In this document: positions 17,635 through 27,157 of the stretch, in pieces | How the letters are laid out: every line of letters begins with the position of its first letter | How positions within the stretch are numbered: the first letter of the stretch is position 1 | From: Spirochaetia bacterium | GTDB lineage: Bacteria; Spirochaetota; Spirochaetia; SZUA-6; Bin103 | Length of the DNA: 64,000 nucleotides | Assembly: GCA_965198005.1 (NCBI GenBank) | Contig: CBDAOI010000001.1 | Location: 64,001-128,000 of the forward strand | Direction: 5' to 3' | Program-made: the position numbers and the translations under genes | Notes under the pieces: generated by a model | Databases searched by the model: none | Seen by the model: only the letters and a program-made list of their open reading frames with translations | Told to the model about the DNA's origin: nothing

Positions 17635-17988
17635 GCTCCCAGTCGGGATCCGCGCCTGCGGGCGGCAGCAGATGGCCAGGCGAGTACGCCTGGGTGCGCG
17701 GCTACCCTACTCACCGATGTGCGACCGGCACCTCCCACGGTCTCACGCCGGATGCACGGTGACCTCCACCCGTGGGGTTCCCGGTTGGCGCCGCGAACTT
17801 CGTTCGCCCGCACCCACGGCTCGGCGCGGCGGTGGCGAAAGTGAAGGTTGCCGGAGCCGGGGTGATCGAGCGCGAAGACATCTGGGGCCGATCCGTCGCA
17901 CCTCGCCTTGCTGACTGGGCTGGACGGCCGCCCGGGCGCAGGCGCGTGCCCACCTGCACCGCCGCAGGCGCGCATCCCCACTGGGAGC
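17635..17988. repeat. imperfect ~58-bp inverted repeat pair
   Basis: 17635-17694 versus the reverse complement of 17931-17988. Confidence 0.65.
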
Positions 17989-18063
17989 GCGCTGGATGAC
18001 GAGTCCGAGGAGGTCGTGCCCACAGTGCGGGGCGGGCGCCGAAAGATCGGCAGCTTCGAGGGC

Positions 18064-18788
18064 GTCCGATGTAGCTCTGCTGAAGCGCCTGCGGAAATCA
18101 AAGGACTGGTTGTACGCCCTGTGCGTTCAGCTGTTTCAGGAACACGGCATCGCGGTGGCGACCGACGGCGGCTTTCAAATCAGGGCGTTTGACGCCACCA
18201 CCGTGAAGGAACCGGGCAAGACCGGAGCGCTGTGGCGCATCCACTGGAGCGTATGCCTGCCGTCGCTGGCGTGCGACTTCTTCAGGCTGACGCCGACCGA
18301 GGGGCCGGGCAGCGGCGAATCGTTGGTTCAGTTCCCGATCCGCCATGCCAGCGCTAGTTCCCCCTGGGGATACGAGTTGGCGCCGTCAGCGGCCACCCAG
18401 TGCGTGGCGTGACTTCAGGTTCGTGCTGGGCCAGGTCACCCGCACCATCGAACCGGCTCTGCCACTGGCGCGCATGGTTCACCAGTGGCACGCTAGGAGT
18501 CTGTCGGATTGCGACAGACTCATAGCGGTCGGACGGGATGGGCCAAAAGCGGCGCCCCGGCGGCGGTTTTGGGGCGTATCTCGCGGGCGCTGGCTGAGCC
18601 GCCACGGCGCCGGCTGTCCCAGTTGTCAGGTTACTTCGATCTGGCTGGTTGACGCGAGTCGCAGGTCCGTGGTACGGTCGCACCGTAGAGCCATGAGCTG
18701 CCAGATTTCTTCGATTTTTTCGACGCGGCTGGTTGATCCGAGTCGCACGTCCGTGGTACGGTCGCACAGTAAAGTCATGCATGGCCCC
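18064..18788 (+). mobile_element. IS4-family copy 2 with 579-bp internal deletion
   Basis: SDVALLKRLRKSKDWLYAL..FPIR joined to HASASSPWGY; near-identical to 11636-12980. Confidence 0.9.
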
Positions 18789-19075
18789 GAGTTAGCCGGG
18801 CGCGACCGCTACCTTCTGCGGAGCCTGCGTGGTCCGCTGACCGCGGCGCTGCCTCGCGGCCGATTCGTCGTCGGCCGGTCACCTCACCAGGCGGGAACTC
18901 CCGGCAACGGGCCGCTCGCCCGCGGTCCACCCGCCGGCGCCCCAGGCACTGCTCGTGACCGAGGGTGCCGCCCTCGCTGTTCGGTCCCTGCGAATCGCAG
19001 GCATACCGCGAGAGTCGGCGCGGGCCGGCACTGAATTCAGCACTCTCGAAACAACGAAGGTTTGGAGGAAACCTC
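18789..19075 (+). promoter_or_regulatory. type-B structured leader
   Basis: Near-identical to 24950-25237; several hairpins; SD lies in the loop of AGGTTT-GGAGG-AAACCT. Confidence 0.6.
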
Positions 19076-20884
19076 ATGATACGAAATTGTAGACTATGGG
19101 TTGCGGTACTGATCGGGTTGGTCCTGGCCGCGACCGCCGCCTGGGCGGCGCCGGCCGGCGAGGAACAGGCCGCGGCCTCGGACAAGCCGATGGTGACCGA
19201 CCCGACGACCGGGATGCAGGTCACCGCGCCAGAGTATGGCGGGACACTGACCTACCCGTACAAGCTGTTCGGGGAGACCACCGACCCGCATATCACAGGA
19301 CACTACGCCGGCTATCAGATCTACGCGGTCAACGAGAAGCTTGCGAAGGGAGACTGGGGTGCTCCCCGGGACGAGGTGAGCTTTACCGGTTGGTATGTGC
19401 CGTTCTCGCGCTTCAAGGGCCACCTGGCCGAGAGCTGGGAGCAGCCGGACGACCGAACGCTGATCGTCGAGATCAAACCGGACATCCGCTGGCACGACAA
19501 GCCGCCGGTCAACGGGCGCGAGCTCACCGCCGAAGACGTCGCCTTTACCTACCGCCGCATTGCCGGCCTGCTCGACTTCGAGCCCAGAGTCGCCGGCGAG
19601 GTTGAGGGTTATCCGTGGGAATCCATCGAAGCCCTTGACCGATACACGGTCGAGTTCAAGCTGACCGAGCCGCGCGCCGGCCTGGCCCGGGCGATCCTCG
19701 GCCAGCACAACTCATGGATTCTGCCACCCGAGGTCATCGAGCAGCACGGTGACTACAGCGACTGGCGAAACGTGGTCGGCACCGGGCCGTTCATGCTCAC
19801 TGACTACGTCGAGGGCGTCTCGATGACCAGGACGCGCAATCCCAACTACCACGACTTCGACGAGAAGTATCCGGAGAACCGGCTGCCCTACGTCGACGAG
19901 CTGAAGGGTCTGTTCATGGCGGAGGAGGCGACCCGCCTCGCCGCGTTTCGCACCGGCCAGGTCGACATGATCCACGTTGCCGGCGGCGGCGTCGACATCA
20001 AGACCTTCGAGGTGATAGAGTCGGTGTTGCGCACCAACCCCGACATCCAGGTGGGCCCCTACTTCCTCCGGGCGCTCGGGCAAATCGGCCTGAACACCCG
20101 TAGGCCGCCTTTCGACGACATCCGCGTCCGCCAGGCAATGCAGATGGCGATCGACCGCGAGGCGGTTAACGAGAGCTACTATGGCGGGTACGCGCTGTGG
20201 AAGCCCCAGGGCATGTTCGGCAACGCGACCGGCCCCTATTTCCTTCCATTCGACGAGTGGCCAAAGGAGCTCCAGGACCAATACCGCTACGACCCGGAGA
20301 AGGCGGAGCAATTGTTCGACGAGGCCGGCTACCCACGCGGCGCGGACGGCGTGCGCTTCAGGGCCACCTACGACCACCGCGACGTCATCGACCTGGGCCT
20401 CGCCGAGATCGCGGCCGGCTACTTCAAAGAGATCGGCGTGGAGGTGGAGATCAACGTCTACGACAGCAGCACCTGGTGGAGTCGTAAAGGGGACGGACTC
20501 TACGAGATGACCACCGGCGATTTGGGCTTCGATGCAGCCCCTGAACACATCATAGGCTTCGCCCGTTCTCTTGGGCCGGACACCGAGCCGCACGGTTGGA
20601 ACGAGTGGTTCGGTGGGATTCCCAGCGCCACGCTGATTCGACTCTATAACGAGTTCCAAACAGCGACCAGCGAGGCGGAGCTGATACGAATCGCCAAGGA
20701 GTTCGACCAGTACCTCGTTTCGCAGCATTTTCAGGTATGGACCGGCAAGTCGCCCGGATTCCAGGTGGCGCATCCGTGGGTCAAGGGCTGGAACGGCGAG
20801 ACGTTCGTGCACCCAGAAAACTATCACGAGGTTCTTGCCCGGCTCTGGCTCGACCGGGACCTGAAGGCAGAAATGGGGTTTTGA
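19076..20884 (+). CDS. ABC substrate-binding protein family 5, unit 3
   Basis: GGAGG SD, signal peptide, APEYGG, GTGPF, DIRVRQA. Confidence 0.95.
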   Translation: MIRNCRLWVAVLIGLVLAATAAWAAPAGEEQAAASDKPMVTDPTTGMQVTAPEYGGTLTYPYKLFGETTDPHITGHYAGYQIYAVNEKLAKGDWGAPRDEVSFTGWYVPFSRFKGHLAESWEQPDDRTLIVEIKPDIRWHDKPPVNGRELTAEDVAFTYRRIAGLLDFEPRVAGEVEGYPWESIEALDRYTVEFKLTEPRAGLARAILGQHNSWILPPEVIEQHGDYSDWRNVVGTGPFMLTDYVEGVSMTRTRNPNYHDFDEKYPENRLPYVDELKGLFMAEEATRLAAFRTGQVDMIHVAGGGVDIKTFEVIESVLRTNPDIQVGPYFLRALGQIGLNTRRPPFDDIRVRQAMQMAIDREAVNESYYGGYALWKPQGMFGNATGPYFLPFDEWPKELQDQYRYDPEKAEQLFDEAGYPRGADGVRFRATYDHRDVIDLGLAEIAAGYFKEIGVEVEINVYDSSTWWSRKGDGLYEMTTGDLGFDAAPEHIIGFARSLGPDTEPHGWNEWFGGIPSATLIRLYNEFQTATSEAELIRIAKEFDQYLVSQHFQVWTGKSPGFQVAHPWVKGWNGETFVHPENYHEVLARLWLDRDLKAEMGF

Positions 20885-20957
20885 CGCGAGCGCCGCTCGC
20901 TTAGTTACACCATCAACGCGCGATTGGCTGCGGCCGACCGCGTTTTACTTCGAACGC

Positions 20958-20984
20958 GGGGTGGCGGGAACAGCCTGCCACCCC
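20958..20984 (+). terminator. intercistronic stem-loop
   Basis: GGGGTGGC..GCCACCCC; identical copy at 27092-27118. Confidence 0.55.
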
Positions 20985-21023
20985 TTCTTATGGTGCCGTG
21001 ATGATGAGAGGAAGTGAGCTGAG

Positions 21024-21995
21024 ATGCGGGCGTATGTGATCAGGCGGATACTGCTGGTGATCCCGACCCTGTTCATCGTCACCGTCCTGGTGTTTCTCTC
21101 GGTTCGCTTCATTCCCGGCGACATCATCGATGTGATGACAGCCCGGATGACCGCAACCCAGAGCGGCACGATCGATGAGGAGGCTCTGAAGAGACGACTC
21201 GGACTCGATAAACCCGTCTACGCGCAATACGCGAAGTGGATCGGTGACATCGTCCTGCGTGGCACCCTCGGCCGCTCGCTGTACAGCGGCTCGTTGGGCA
21301 GCGCCACGGTGGAACAGAAACTCGCCGGCAGGGTCGGGGTAACGGTCGAGCTGGGGCTGCTGGCGATCCTCACTGGGGTCATCATCGCCGTGCCGATCGG
21401 GATCTACTCGGCGATTCGCCAATACACGCTGGCCGACTACGCCGGCCGGGCGGTCGCCATCTTCGGCCTGGCGACACCCAACTTCTGGCTGGGACTGATG
21501 GTGATGATCTACCCCGCAATCTGGTGGGGCTGGACGCCGCCGCTGACGCACGTCCGCTTCACCGAAGACCCATGGGCCAATCTCGGCATGTTGATCATTC
21601 CCGCCGTGATTCTGGGGACCTACCTGGCAGCGAGCACCATGCGCATGACGCGCACGATGATGCTGGAGGTGCTGCGCCAGGACTACGTGAGGACCGCCTG
21701 GGCCAAGGGCCTGGCGGAGAGGACAGTGGTGCTGCGCCACGCGGTCAAGAACGCCCTCATCCCGGTGGTGACCCTGGTGGCGCTGCAGTTGCCCATCATC
21801 GCCGGCGGCTCGGTCATCATCGAGAACATCTTCAATCTCCCGGGGCTCGGCAGTCTGATGCTGTCTGCCCTCAACACGCGCGACTACCCGGTGGTCTCCG
21901 GCGTGAACCTGTTATTTGCCTCGGTGGTGGTGGTGATCAACCTCGGCACCGACCTGACCTACGCGCTGCTGGATCCGCGGGTGCGCTATGAGTGA
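21024..21995 (+). CDS. DppB-like permease, unit 3
   Basis: LEVLRQDYVRTAWAKG, LDPRVRYE. Confidence 0.95.
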   Translation: MRAYVIRRILLVIPTLFIVTVLVFLSVRFIPGDIIDVMTARMTATQSGTIDEEALKRRLGLDKPVYAQYAKWIGDIVLRGTLGRSLYSGSLGSATVEQKLAGRVGVTVELGLLAILTGVIIAVPIGIYSAIRQYTLADYAGRAVAIFGLATPNFWLGLMVMIYPAIWWGWTPPLTHVRFTEDPWANLGMLIIPAVILGTYLAASTMRMTRTMMLEVLRQDYVRTAWAKGLAERTVVLRHAVKNALIPVVTLVALQLPIIAGGSVIIENIFNLPGLGSLMLSALNTRDYPVVSGVNLLFASVVVVINLGTDLTYALLDPRVRYE

Positions 21996-23118
21996 GCCGG
22001 TGCCGGTCGATGCGGCCGGGGCCGGCCGCGCAGGCCGAGGCGCAGGAGGCGCAGGCGCAGGCGCAGGCGCAGGCGGAGGCGCAGGCGCAGGCGGAGGCGG
22101 AGACGCAGGCCGTGGCGCAGGCGCCCGCGGTGGTGGCGGCCCAAGCGGAGGCACCCGTGGCGGACCCTCCGCGGCGGGCGCTCCTGCAGCGGCGCGCCGG
22201 CGACCGGTGGCCAGCTTCCTGTTGCGGTTGCTGAAGGAGCAGCCGCTGGGAGCTGTTGGCGCCCTCATCGTGCTGGCGTTGGTGTTCATCACCATCTTCG
22301 CCGCGCAGCTCGCGCCCTACGAATTCGACCGCGGCCGGGTGCAGGACCGGATGCAGGGTCCGTCGGCCGCGCACCTGCTGGGCACCGACCACGTCGGCCG
22401 CGACTTCCTGAGCCGCCTCATCATCGGCGCGCGCCTGTCGATCACGGTCGGGCTGGCGGCGACGTCGCTGAACGTGATCGTCGCGCTGCTGATCGGCGGC
22501 ACCACCGGCTTCGTCGGCGGCCGGCTAGACATCTACGCACAGCGGTTCGTGGACGCGTGGATGTCGTTTCCGGGGCTGCTGTTGCTGCTCACCATCATGT
22601 CGATCGCCGGCCGCGGCGTGGTGCAGATCATCGTCGTGCTCGGGGTGGCCGGCGGCATTCCCGCGTCACGGGTGGTGCGCGGCGCCGTGATCGGGGTCAA
22701 GGAGAACGCCTACTTCCAGGCCGCGAAGGCGACCGGCGCCCGCACGCTGCGCACGCTGGTCCGTCACGTGCTGCCCAACATCGCGGCGCCGCTGATCGTC
22801 GTGTTCAGCATCAACGTCGGCGGCGTGATCATCGCCGAGGCCTCGCTGAGCTTCCTCGGGTTCGGCCTGCCGGCGACCGTTCCGAGCTGGGGCGGCATGC
22901 TGAGCCGCGAGGGCCGCCAGTACATGGAGATTGCCCCGCGCCTGGCGCTGTGGCCGGGCCTGTGCCTGACGGTGACGGTCTACGCCCTCAACCTGTTCGG
23001 CGACGCGCTGCGCGACCTGCTCGACCCGCGCCTGCGCGGCGCCGCCGGCCGCTACGGAGGCGGGCGCCGCCCACGCCGCGCGCCGCCGCGGTATCGGGCA
23101 CCCCGGCCTATTGGATGA
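21988..23118 (+). CDS. DppC-like permease with Gly/Ala-rich N-terminal tail, unit 3
   Basis: LGTDHVGRD, RHVLPN; overlaps the dppB stop. Confidence 0.93.
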   Translation: MSEPVPVDAAGAGRAGRGAGGAGAGAGAGGGAGAGGGGDAGRGAGARGGGGPSGGTRGGPSAAGAPAAARRRPVASFLLRLLKEQPLGAVGALIVLALVFITIFAAQLAPYEFDRGRVQDRMQGPSAAHLLGTDHVGRDFLSRLIIGARLSITVGLAATSLNVIVALLIGGTTGFVGGRLDIYAQRFVDAWMSFPGLLLLLTIMSIAGRGVVQIIVVLGVAGGIPASRVVRGAVIGVKENAYFQAAKATGARTLRTLVRHVLPNIAAPLIVVFSINVGGVIIAEASLSFLGFGLPATVPSWGGMLSREGRQYMEIAPRLALWPGLCLTVTVYALNLFGDALRDLLDPRLRGAAGRYGGGRRPRRAPPRYRAPRPIG

Positions 23119-23130
23119 CGACGGTGTGAT

Positions 23131-23391
23131 TCAGCCGGCCCTGTGCTTTGCCAGACGATGTTGATCCAGTGCCTGGCGCAGAAAGGACTTGATCACGGCC
23201 TGGCGACTGACATTCAGCTCGGCAGCGAGCTGATCTAGTTCCTGCAGCATCCCAGCCGTAAAGTCGACGTTCACGCCTCTCACCGGCTGCTTCATCGTCC
23301 CTCGGTTGGTGAAGTACGGTGAAATGTCGTTTCCGCCATCCGCCAGGTCGGCGATCTCGTCAGCAGTCGGTCGGCTGGCTGTTCTCTTCAT
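23131..23391 (-). CDS. CopG/BrnA-like antitoxin
   Basis: VNVDFTAGMLQELDQLAAELNVSRQAVIK (RHH pattern). Confidence 0.85.
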   Translation of the reverse strand: MKRTASRPTADEIADLADGGNDISPYFTNRGTMKQPVRGVNVDFTAGMLQELDQLAAELNVSRQAVIKSFLRQALDQHRLAKHRAG

Positions 23392-23653
23392 ATAGTCTCT
23401 CTTCCTCTCTCGTCGATCGCCACAGCGTCACCAAATGATAGTACTCGCCGTCTCCATCTTCCCGGACTTCGAATACCAGCGAATACAACCGTTCCCGCAC
23501 CCAGCCAACAGCGCGGAACTGCTCCGGATCGTCAGACCTGCAGTCCTCGTAGTACGGATGCGCGAAGATTCCCTGCGCTTCCTCAAAACCGATACCTCGC
23601 TTCGGATTGTTGCGAAGCATTCGACTCTTGTTCTGGTCAAACTTGAAACGCAT
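23360..23653 (-). CDS. BrnT-family toxin
   Basis: MRFKFDQNKS..KRGIGFEEAQGIF..TREEERLYE. Confidence 0.85.
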   Translation of the reverse strand: MRFKFDQNKSRMLRNNPKRGIGFEEAQGIFAHPYYEDCRSDDPEQFRAVGWVRERLYSLVFEVREDGDGEYYHLVTLWRSTREEERLYEENSQPTDC

Positions 23654-24051
23654 CCTGGAGCATAACGGTGTACTTGGTTGGCTGTCAACCCAACCGACTC
23701 GGGCATGCGATCAGGACCGTGACCGAAGACGCGACGACATTTCGTAGACGGGGCATACGGTTCAGAGAGATCCGTCGAGCCCGACGGATTGCAGCGTCTC
23801 GACAACCTCCACGCGGTCACCGTCGGCGACGGACAACTGGTAACGCTCCATGGCTTCCTTTGCCGCAGCCTCGACATCACCTGCCACTTGCCACGCGTCG
23901 ACATGCAACCGAAGCACGACTCTCTCGTCGCCGGATGCCTGGATCGCCAGCCTGTCGCCCATAATCGGGCGCCAGCGCCAGCATGCCGATTCGAGCGGCT
24001 CGCCGGCCCCGCACGTGATCTGCATAGTCACGATCCACTGCTTCGGCCGCC

Positions 24052-24582
24052 GGAAGCCGCAGCCCGCGACCGGGAAGCGGCCGCCCGCGAGCGGGAGGTG
24101 GCAGCCCGCCAGGGGCGTGCCATGAACAAGCGCTGGGGCGAGTTGGCCAACAAAATGGGTACCGTCGTCGAGGACATCGTGGCACCCAGTGTCCGCCGCC
24201 TGGCCGGTGAGGTGTTCGACTGTGGCGACATGCGGTACTTCGGCACCCGCGTATCCGTCAAGCGCAGCGATGATCCCTCCCGCGAGCGCGAGTTCGACGC
24301 GCTCTACGTGGGCACTCGGGGGGTGCTGCTCAACGAGACCAAGTCCTCGGCGCGCATCGAAGATGCGCGCGCGTTCGATGAGTTTCTGCGCGGCAACCAG
24401 TTTGGGCTCTACTTTCCGCAGTACGCGGAGCTGCCGATCGTGCCGGCGTTCTCGTCGCTGAGATTGCGGACAGTATCGTGACGTATCTGAGCCGGCGCGG
24501 GATCTACGCCCTGACGATGGGAGACGAGGCGATGCAGGTGCTCAACCTGAACGCGGTGCGCAGCCGGCGTACCGCTCCGTGA
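24052..24582 (+). pseudogene. coiled-coil + PD-(D/E)XK nuclease-like protein, 5'-truncated and frameshifted near 24461
   Basis: NKRWGELANKMGTVVEDIVAP, EFD..NETKS; C-terminus IADSIVTYLSRRGIYAL is in another frame. Confidence 0.7.
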
Positions 24583-24860
24583 GCGGGATTCTGACTTCCG
24601 CCGCCGTAGCCTGTGATAGCCTGCCTGCCTGTTGACAGGTGGTCGCGGCGTGAGTTACGGTGGCTGGGAGTGGGGACTCCGACCGATGGGGATGGTGCCT
24701 GGTGCGCAAGAGTGTGCCTGACGTGCCTGACGACACGTGCTTGACGGCTGTTGCAGCGGCGGCTATGGTGACTGCCTTGGGAGCGCGACCGATGCGCATG
24801 ATGCATGACGACACCTACCCGCGCAGCCACTGGTCAGCCTTGAAGCGGCCGGTGAAACGT

Positions 24861-24910
24861 CTGTCTACGCTCCTGTCTACGCTCCTGTCTACGCTCCCCC
24901 CCCCCCCCCC
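24861..24910. repeat. 3 x 12-bp tandem repeat + C15 tract
   Basis: (CTGTCTACGCTC)3, then C run 24896-24910. Confidence 0.95.
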
Positions 24911-24949
24911 GGGCCGGGGGCCATTTCCATACAACCTCAGAAACACTAA

Positions 24950-25237
24950 CGAGTTAGCCGGGCGCGACCGCTACCTTCTGCGGAGCCTGCGTGGTCCGCT
25001 GACCGCGGCGCTGCCTCGCGGCCGATTCGTCGTCGGCCGGTCACCTCACCAGGCGGGAACTCCCGGCAACGGGCCGCTCGCCCGCGGTCCACCCGCCGGC
25101 GCCCCAGGCACTGCTCGTGACCGAGGGTGCCGCCCTCGCTGTTCGGTCCCTGCGAATCGCAGGCATACCGCGAGAGTCGGCGCGGGCCGGCACTGAATTC
25201 AGCACTCTCGAAGAAACGAAGGTTTGGAGGAAACCTC
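24950..25237 (+). promoter_or_regulatory. type-B structured leader, copy 2
   Basis: Matches 18789-19075. Confidence 0.6.
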
Positions 25238-27046
25238 ATGATACGAAATTGTAGACTATGGGTTGCGGTACTGATCGGGTTCGTCCTGGCCGCGACCGAC
25301 GCGTCGGCGGCGCCCGCCGGCGAGGAAGCGGCCGCGGCTGCGGACAAGCCGATGGTGACCGACCCGACCACCGGCAAGGTGGTAACCGCGCCAGAGTACG
25401 GCGGCACGCTGACCTACCCGTACAAGCTGTTCGGGGAGACCACCGACCCGTCGATCACAGGACACTACGCCGGCTGGCAGATCACCGCGGTCAACGAGAA
25501 GCTTTCGAAGGGAGACTGGGGTGCTCCCCGAGACGAGTTCAGCTTTACCGGGTGGTATGTGCCGATCTCGGGCTTCAAGGGCCACCTGGCCGAGAGCTGG
25601 GAGCAGCCGGACGACCGCACGCTGATCGTCAAAATCAAACCGGGGGTCCACTGGCACGACAAGCCGCCGGTCAACGGGCGCGAGCTCACCGCCGAAGACG
25701 TCGCCTTTACCTACCGCCGCCATGCCGGCCTGCTCGACTTCGAGCCCGTATTCGTCGCCGAGGTTGAGAGCTATCCGTGGGAATCCATCGAAGCCCTTGA
25801 CCGATACACGGTCGAGTTCAAGCTGAGCGAGCCGCGCGCCGGCCTGGCCCGGGCGATCCTCGGCCAGGCCAACATATGGGTGCTACCTCGCGAGGTCATC
25901 GAGCAGCACGGTGATTACGCCGACTGGCGAAACGTGGTCGGCACCGGGCCGTTCATGCTCACTGACTACGTCGAGGGCGTCTCGATGACCAGGACGCGCA
26001 ATCCCAACTACCACGACTTCGACGAGAAGTATCCGGAGAACCGGCTGCCCTACGTCGACGAGCTGAAGGGTCTGTTCATGGCGGAGGAGGCGACCCGCCT
26101 CGCCGCGTTTCGCACCGGCCAGGTCGACATGATCCACGTTGCCGGCGGCGCCACCGAGATCAAGACCTTCGAGGTGATAGAGTCGGTGCTGCGCACCAAC
26201 CCCGACACCCAGGTGGGTCCCTACTTCCTGCGCGCGCTCGGGCAGATCGGCCTGAACATCCGTAGGCCGCCGTTCGACGACATCCGCGTCCGCCAGGCAA
26301 TGCAGATGGCGATCGACCGCGAGGCGGTTAACGAGAGCTACTATGGCGGGTACGCGCTGTGGAAGCCCCAGGGCATGTTCGGCAACGCGACCGGACCCTA
26401 TTTCCTTCCATTCGACGAGTGGCCAAAGGAGCTCCAGGACCAATACCGCTACGACCCGGAGAAGGCGGAGCAATTGCTCGACGAGGCCGGCTACCCACGC
26501 GGCGCGGATGGGGTGCGGTTCAAGGTCACCCACGAACACCGCGACGTCATCGACCTGGGCCTCGCCGAGATCGCGGCCGGCTACTTCAAAGAGATCGGCG
26601 TGGAGGTGGAGATCGACATCTACGACACCACCACTTGGGTCAATCGCCGCGTCGACGGGGTTCACGAGATGACCACCGGCGATTTGGGCTTCGATTCACC
26701 CCCCGAACTCATCATAGGCTTCGCCCGTTTTCTTGCAACGACTCAGGAGCCGCACAATTGGAACGAGTGGCTGGGTGGGATTCCCAACGCCACGCTGACT
26801 CGGCTGTATAACGAGTTCCAAACAGCGACCAGCGAGGCGGAGCTGATTCGAATCGCCAAGGAGTACGACCAGTACGTCATTTCGCAGCATTTTCAGGTAT
26901 GGACCGGCAAGTCGCCAGGATTCCAGGTGGCGCATCCGTGGGTCAAGGGCTGGAACGGCGAGACGTTCGTGCAGCAAGACGCCTATCACCAGGTTCTCGC
27001 CCGGCTCTGGCTCGACCGGGACCTGAAGGCAGAAATGGGGTTTTGA
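25238..27046 (+). CDS. ABC substrate-binding protein family 5, unit 4
   Basis: Same length as unit 3 and a close paralog. Confidence 0.95.
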   Translation: MIRNCRLWVAVLIGFVLAATDASAAPAGEEAAAAADKPMVTDPTTGKVVTAPEYGGTLTYPYKLFGETTDPSITGHYAGWQITAVNEKLSKGDWGAPRDEFSFTGWYVPISGFKGHLAESWEQPDDRTLIVKIKPGVHWHDKPPVNGRELTAEDVAFTYRRHAGLLDFEPVFVAEVESYPWESIEALDRYTVEFKLSEPRAGLARAILGQANIWVLPREVIEQHGDYADWRNVVGTGPFMLTDYVEGVSMTRTRNPNYHDFDEKYPENRLPYVDELKGLFMAEEATRLAAFRTGQVDMIHVAGGATEIKTFEVIESVLRTNPDTQVGPYFLRALGQIGLNIRRPPFDDIRVRQAMQMAIDREAVNESYYGGYALWKPQGMFGNATGPYFLPFDEWPKELQDQYRYDPEKAEQLLDEAGYPRGADGVRFKVTHEHRDVIDLGLAEIAAGYFKEIGVEVEIDIYDTTTWVNRRVDGVHEMTTGDLGFDSPPELIIGFARFLATTQEPHNWNEWLGGIPNATLTRLYNEFQTATSEAELIRIAKEYDQYVISQHFQVWTGKSPGFQVAHPWVKGWNGETFVQQDAYHQVLARLWLDRDLKAEMGF

Positions 27047-27157
27047 CGCGAGCGGAGCTCGCGTTTAGCGTCAGCGTTTGACTACGAACACGGGGTGGCG
27101 GGAACAGCCTGCCACCCCTTCTTATGGTGCCGTGATGATGAGAGGAGGTGAGCTGAG

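Noticed and set aside
23690-24040. Coding fragments between BrnT and the PD-(D/E)XK relic (similarly 8880-9020, 11490-11630, 15372-15575)
   Set aside because: They look like gene debris but cannot be assigned to a family without a search.
6755-27046. Diversity-generating retroelement acting on the SBPs
   Set aside because: The RT pieces are group II type and lack YADD; SBP differences are not adenine-specific; no template/variable repeat pair was found.
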